A stretch of 64,000 nucleotides of DNA from Nitrospira sp. Lineage in GTDB: Bacteria > Nitrospirota > Nitrospiria > Nitrospirales > Nitrospiraceae. Where the stretch lies: contig DATIGP010000098.1 of NCBI GenBank assembly GCA_035454625.1, forward strand, positions 9,391-73,390. Direction: 5' to 3'. A program made the position numbers and the translations under genes. Below are positions 60,233-64,000 of the stretch, in pieces. Positions within the stretch are counted from its first letter, which is position 1. Each line of letters begins with the position of its first letter. Below the pieces are notes generated by a model. It ran no database searches, was not told where the DNA came from, and saw only the letters and a list, made by a program, of their open reading frames with translations.

Positions 60233-61540
60233 TCAGCAGGCGGGCTCGCCGCTCGGTCGGTCAACATACTGTTTCGAGTATGTCTCCTTCCCTCCCGGAT
60301 TCACGCGCCTGTCTCGCCTGGCGACTTCGCGATTTCGCGACGAACCGTCATGAATAGTGCGGGTTAACGTCCTTCCCCAGGACAGGGCCTGTTCGCCGAA
60401 TTTTGCGCGAACCTGATCCAGTGCCAGCGAGAGGCGGTGAGAGCGGGAAAGCACGACGGATTCAGACTGGTCGAAGAGCGAAAGCTGCCGGGCCGGTAAT
60501 TCCAGCCGACTGACCTGAAGCGTCAACCGTGTAAGGCGCACCCGTCTGCGAAAACATCGGTAGAACAGGTCTGTCAGCACAGGCTGGAGATCGATCTCCC
60601 AGTAGGTGCCGTGAAGCAGTGTCTCATGAACGGTCTGCTCGACATGGTCGCTATGACGAACGGTCAGCGAGATATGGCGACACATCCGCTGCCGTTGTCG
60701 AAGCGTGGCGCAAATCTGCTCCGATAATCGGTAGAGCCGACCGAACAAGAGCCGATCATCCACTTCATCCGGGTCGAGATGAATGGAGCATTCGATCATC
60801 GGTTGCGCGATCGGTGGGTGTACCGGGGAGGGATCGATCCCCAGGGCCCAGTCGTGCAGCAGGTTGGCAGGAGTGCCGAGGACGACCCGGAGATGTGCCA
60901 ACGAGACCGAGGCAATCGCGCCGAGAGTAAGGAGGTTTAAATCCTCCAACCGCTGCAAAATCCGTGGGGTGTGAGCACGGTGAAGGCCGGGAAGCAACAT
61001 GGTCGGCAACGGGGCGAGGAAAGGTTGCTCGCATCCGGAGTGGATCGACAACACTTGCAGTGGTTTCATGAGTGTCGTTGCGGCCAATTGCGAGACCAGC
61101 TTGTTTCCCGCCAATCCGATCGTACTCGGCCATCCTTGCCGATGTGCCAGCTCTCGACTGATACGGGTTGCCGTATCGAGGGGAGGACCAAACAGTCGAG
61201 TTGTGCCGGTGAGGTCCAAGAAGAGCGAACCGGGCCTGATCGATTCCCAAGCCGGTGCAAAAGATGAGATATGGTGTTGCAGCTCGCGATGGGCGGCTTG
61301 AGAGAGTGATGAATCCGGAGGGATTATCCGTAGACCGGGGCAGATCAGACGCGCCAGATCCGTCGGCATCCCCGGGTGTAGGCCCTCGTGAAACGCTTCC
61401 ATAGAAATCTCTCGAATGACCGCACGCGGCGTATGCATGGGTGCCACGGCCACCGGTCTGTTCCGCAGCCTGCTATCAGCGGCACGGGCCAATACGATGC
61501 TAAAAGCAGGAATCTGTAGACAGACAATATGGCGATCCAT
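60233..61540 (-). CDS. imuB: ImuB-like catalytically inactive Y-family polymerase
   Basis: Y-family fold (RPVAV, GLHPGM..A..ICP, IGLAGNKLVSQLA). Catalytic acids are replaced (CLQIPAF; SIRPGSLFLD). Beta-clamp motif QLSLF. Confidence 0.85.
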   Translation of the reverse strand: MDRHIVCLQIPAFSIVLARAADSRLRNRPVAVAPMHTPRAVIREISMEAFHEGLHPGMPTDLARLICPGLRIIPPDSSLSQAAHRELQHHISSFAPAWESIRPGSLFLDLTGTTRLFGPPLDTATRISRELAHRQGWPSTIGLAGNKLVSQLAATTLMKPLQVLSIHSGCEQPFLAPLPTMLLPGLHRAHTPRILQRLEDLNLLTLGAIASVSLAHLRVVLGTPANLLHDWALGIDPSPVHPPIAQPMIECSIHLDPDEVDDRLLFGRLYRLSEQICATLRQRQRMCRHISLTVRHSDHVEQTVHETLLHGTYWEIDLQPVLTDLFYRCFRRRVRLTRLTLQVSRLELPARQLSLFDQSESVVLSRSHRLSLALDQVRAKFGEQALSWGRTLTRTIHDGSSRNREVARRDRRVNPGGKETYSKQYVDRPSGEPAC

Positions 61541-61550
61541 CTCAATTAAG

Positions 61551-61565
61551 GTAACCAATGGTTAC
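61551..61565. promoter_or_regulatory. Perfect palindrome GTAACC-N3-GGTTAC immediately upstream of imuB (candidate repressor operator)
   Basis: Seen at 61551-61565. A -35-like TTGACG on the minus strand (61586-61581) places the -10 region over it. Confidence 0.55.
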
Positions 61566-61631
61566 AGTAAAATTGGCCTCCGTCAAGTACGTAGAAAAAC
61601 GGAGCCGGAGGCTGGCGTCAGCCTGCCTTGA

Positions 61632-61661
61632 TTGACAGCCATTTCAGCCCTGTGCTACCGT
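61632..61661 (+). promoter_or_regulatory. sigma70 promoter of the rpsF operon
   Basis: TTGACA (61632-61637), 18-nt spacer, TGc-TACCGT extended -10. Confidence 0.6.
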
Positions 61662-61740
61662 CCACCGTTCTCTACGCCACATAGGCACCTACACCTCGCT
61701 CCCGACCCGTTCGGGGGCCTTTGTCCAGGAGGATCGCTGC

Positions 61741-62088
61741 ATGGAACTCTACGAGTCTCTGTTTATCATTCGTCCGTCCGTTTCCGACGAGGAGACCAAG
61801 GCGCTCATCGATAAGATGAAAAATGTCGCCGACAAGACCGGCGCGCAATTCATCAAAGCCGAAAATTTGGGAAAGAAAAAACTCGCCTATGAGGTGCGCC
61901 GCGAGCGGAAGGGGACCTACGCCTATTTCTACTTTAAGGCGCCGAACAACACGGTGGGTGAGCTCGAACGGGCGTATCGCTTGGAAGACAACATCATCAA
62001 ATTTTTGACGGTTCACCACGAGAAGCCTTTGGTGGAGCGACGCCCGGTGGAAGCCTCGACACAGGAGTCAGACGGTGGCCGGATTTAA
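61741..62088 (+). CDS. rpsF: 30S ribosomal protein S6
   Basis: MELYESLFIIRP, GKKKLAYEV, G.Y, IIKFLTV. Confidence 0.97.
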   Translation: MELYESLFIIRPSVSDEETKALIDKMKNVADKTGAQFIKAENLGKKKLAYEVRRERKGTYAYFYFKAPNNTVGELERAYRLEDNIIKFLTVHHEKPLVERRPVEASTQESDGGRI

Positions 62089-62470
62089 CAAAGTCATACT
62101 GATGGGAAACCTCACTCGTAATCCTGAGCTTCGGTATACGCCGAGCGGGACGCCAGTGGCGAGTTTCGGCCTGGCGGTGAGCCGTCGGTTTAAGCAGGGC
62201 GATGATCTGAAGGAAGAGGTGTGTTTCGTCGATATCGTAGTGTTCGGCAGACAGGCGGAACATTGCGGACAGTATCTCAGCAAAGGGAACGGGGCCATCG
62301 TCGAAGGTCGGTTGCAACAGCGTCGTTGGGAGACTGAGGACGGTCAAAAGCGCAGTAAACATGAAGTGGTCGCGCAGACCGTGACGTTCATGCCCAAGCG
62401 TCAAGACGGTGGGGGGGCAGAACCTCCGATGCCCGACGAGCCCGGCTATGAAATTGGGGAAGAGGGTTAA
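62075..62470 (+). CDS. ssb: Single-stranded DNA-binding protein
   Basis: [29 protein letters not shown]. Confidence 0.97.
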   Translation: MAGFNKVILMGNLTRNPELRYTPSGTPVASFGLAVSRRFKQGDDLKEEVCFVDIVVFGRQAEHCGQYLSKGNGAIVEGRLQQRRWETEDGQKRSKHEVVAQTVTFMPKRQDGGGAEPPMPDEPGYEIGEEG

Positions 62471-62496
62471 CGGCACAGTATTATGAGGAGGCAGTC

Positions 62497-62745
62497 ATGG
62501 ACCGAAGCGATAACGAACGGGGCGGGGGGCGGTTATTCCAGCGAAGACGTCCCTGCAGATTCTGCCTGGAAAAGGCGCCGATCGATTTTAAAGACGCCGG
62601 GCTTCTTCGGAATTTTTTGACGGAGCGGGGGAGGATTGTTCCCCGCCGTATCTCCGGAAACTGCATGCGCCATCAGCGTGAACTGACGGTGGCCGTGAAG
62701 CGGGCTCGGCACATCGCCATCATCAGCTTTGCCGAGGAGCGATAA
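62497..62745 (+). CDS. rpsR: 30S ribosomal protein S18 (Zn-binding type)
   Basis: [34 protein letters not shown]. Confidence 0.97.
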   Translation: MDRSDNERGGGRLFQRRRPCRFCLEKAPIDFKDAGLLRNFLTERGRIVPRRISGNCMRHQRELTVAVKRARHIAIISFAEER

Positions 62746-62808
62746 CGAACGTGATCGGTGATCTCGATGCCGCCGGGGTGGGGCAGCGGTACGCTGCTGA
62801 GGATGACC

Positions 62809-63399
62809 ATGGATGTATTGACACCGAAAATCGCGGACATCACGGCAGAGGGTGTTTCGTTGTCGGGGGACCTGACTCGAGACGAGTTGGGACTGACGGA
62901 TACGGATGTATCCATTCGCGGAACCCTGTCGGTGGGACTGGATATCCGCGCGATCGAACGTACCATCTATGTGACCGGCGTCGTGGAAGGGACAGCGGTC
63001 AGGCAGTGTGTGCGGTGCCTCAAAGACTTTGACGATCCGCTGGCGTTTTCATTGCGAGTGGCCTATGAACGAGAAGCAAAAGCGGCGAATCCCGCAAAGC
63101 GAACCGATCCACGGAATAAAAGATCGACGACTCCGGTCGAGGTAGAGCCGGAAGAGCAGAACGATGATCTCTATTACTTTACGGGCGATCATCTTGAGCT
63201 GGCGCCGATGCTCAGAGAACAATTGATTCTTGCTTCTCCCATGCACCCTCTGTGTTCAGACGACTGTCTCGGTCTCTGCGCCCGATGTGGAAAAAATTTG
63301 AATGAAGGTCCCTGTCGTTGCGGAGAAGAGCCCACGGGAAGCCCATTTCAGGTGTTACGGACCATGAAGGACAGACTGAAGAACCCCGGTGAGCGCTGA
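62809..63399 (+). CDS. yceD: DUF177/YceD-family Zn-binding protein
   Basis: CVRCL and PLCSDDCLGLCARCGKNLNEGPCRC; upstream of rpmF. Confidence 0.9.
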   Translation: MDVLTPKIADITAEGVSLSGDLTRDELGLTDTDVSIRGTLSVGLDIRAIERTIYVTGVVEGTAVRQCVRCLKDFDDPLAFSLRVAYEREAKAANPAKRTDPRNKRSTTPVEVEPEEQNDDLYYFTGDHLELAPMLREQLILASPMHPLCSDDCLGLCARCGKNLNEGPCRCGEEPTGSPFQVLRTMKDRLKNPGER

Positions 63400-63434
63400 A
63401 CGGCGGTGCCCATTGAACAGGAAAAGGAGTCATC

Positions 63435-63620
63435 ATGCCCAATCCCAAACATAAACATTCACGGGCGAGACGCGATAAGCGCCGTACCCAAAAACTGCGC
63501 ATGACCCCTCCGGGGATGGCGGTGTGTCCACAGTGCCATGAGTTCAAGCTGCCGCACTACACCTGCTTGAACTGTGGCACCTATAAGGGCAAGGCAGTCA
63601 TTCAGGTCGAAGAGGCGTGA
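63435..63620 (+). CDS. rpmF: 50S ribosomal protein L32
   Basis: MPNPKHKHSRARRDKRR, CPQC..PH..C..CG.Y. Confidence 0.97.
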   Translation: MPNPKHKHSRARRDKRRTQKLRMTPPGMAVCPQCHEFKLPHYTCLNCGTYKGKAVIQVEEA

Positions 63621-63736
63621 GCGGCTTGTCCGAATCGGTCCATTGCGCGGGTTTCCCGGCACGTCGGACGTAAGCCCAGGGGGCGACGCGTGTTCAGCCA
63701 GTCTTTCCAACGCCATCCGTGAGTACACCGTCTCGC

Positions 63737-64000
63737 ATGAGGATCGCACTCGATGCCGTGGGGGGGGATCATGGCCCCGCGCCATGTGTCGAGGGCGCGC
63801 TTCAGGCGGTGAAAGCGTTTGACGTCGAGGTGATTCTCGTCGGTGACGAGTCCACCTTGAAACAGGAATGTGAGCGCCAGTCGAGTCACGATTCCCGCCT
63901 CACCATCCGGCATGCTTCGCAGGTCGTCGAAATGCATGAGTCGCCTGCCGCTGTGGCTCGGAAGAAGCGGGACTCGTCAATTTGGGTTGCCACAGAATTG
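63737..64000 (+). CDS. plsX: Phosphate acyltransferase PlsX, N-terminal part; runs off the window end
   Basis: Manual translation MRIALDAVGGDHGPAPCVEGA..ILVGD..VVEMHESP..RKKRDSS, in frame to the window end. Confidence 0.93.
   Translation, partial: MRIALDAVGGDHGPAPCVEGALQAVKAFDVEVILVGDESTLKQECERQSSHDSRLTIRHASQVVEMHESPAAVARKKRDSSIWVATEL

Noticed and set aside
61662-61740. Possible S6:S18-binding rpsF leader (CCCGA/TCGGG hairpin before GGAGG)
   Set aside because: Plausible from position, but I cannot verify the consensus structure by eye; needs an Infernal search.
63737-63822. Apparent frameshift in plsX suggested by ORF 63574..63822
   Set aside because: Recounting bases shows plsX (ATG 63737) is continuous: GGC CCC GCG CCA TGT GTC. 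The listed ORF is a different frame.
1-64000. CRISPR array, rRNA, tRNA, IS/transposase, integrase
   Set aside because: No regularly spaced repeats, structural RNA signatures or DDE/tyrosine recombinase motifs were found on either strand by inspection.

Overview
Chromosomal window from a moderately GC-rich diderm bacterium. Gene style and synteny look like Nitrospira (Nitrospirota); this is my inference, not a database result. Layout: (1) 1-3.7 kb, RND efflux pair with a frameshifted TetR repressor. (2) 3.9-14 kb, a putative phosphonate/phosphonolipid biosynthesis cluster bracketed by four stand-alone PilZ genes. It encodes a PEP-mutase-family enzyme fused to a nucleotidyltransferase, a split TPP decarboxylase, a class V aminotransferase, a cytidylyltransferase, a CDP-alcohol phosphotransferase and a flippase-like protein. 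(3) 14-21 kb, a decayed Mrr-type nuclease remnant, a frameshifted MFS, cstA, yajQ, a BNR-repeat lipoprotein and a novel 13-aa-repeat protein. (4) 21-42 kb, a complete dcw cluster that lacks mraZ but keeps a three-box MraZ-type operator, followed by pgeF-yggS-proC-yggT-divIVA. (5) 42-53 kb, serine hydrolase, pgsA, pilC-pilS-pilR, ispE, prs, rplY, pth, ychF. (6) 53.3-61.6 kb, an accessory block (desaturase, Phd/RelE TA, truncated SIR2-like gene, imuB-dnaE2-udgX-isochorismatase cassette with a palindromic operator). (7) rpsF-ssb-rpsR-yceD-rpmF-plsX. Best leads: the phosphonate-lipid cluster, whose mutase carries a non-canonical EDN-x5-CS loop instead of EDK-x5-NS, and the imuA-less mutasome coupled to UdgX. 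No rRNA, tRNA, CRISPR array or transposase was recognised.
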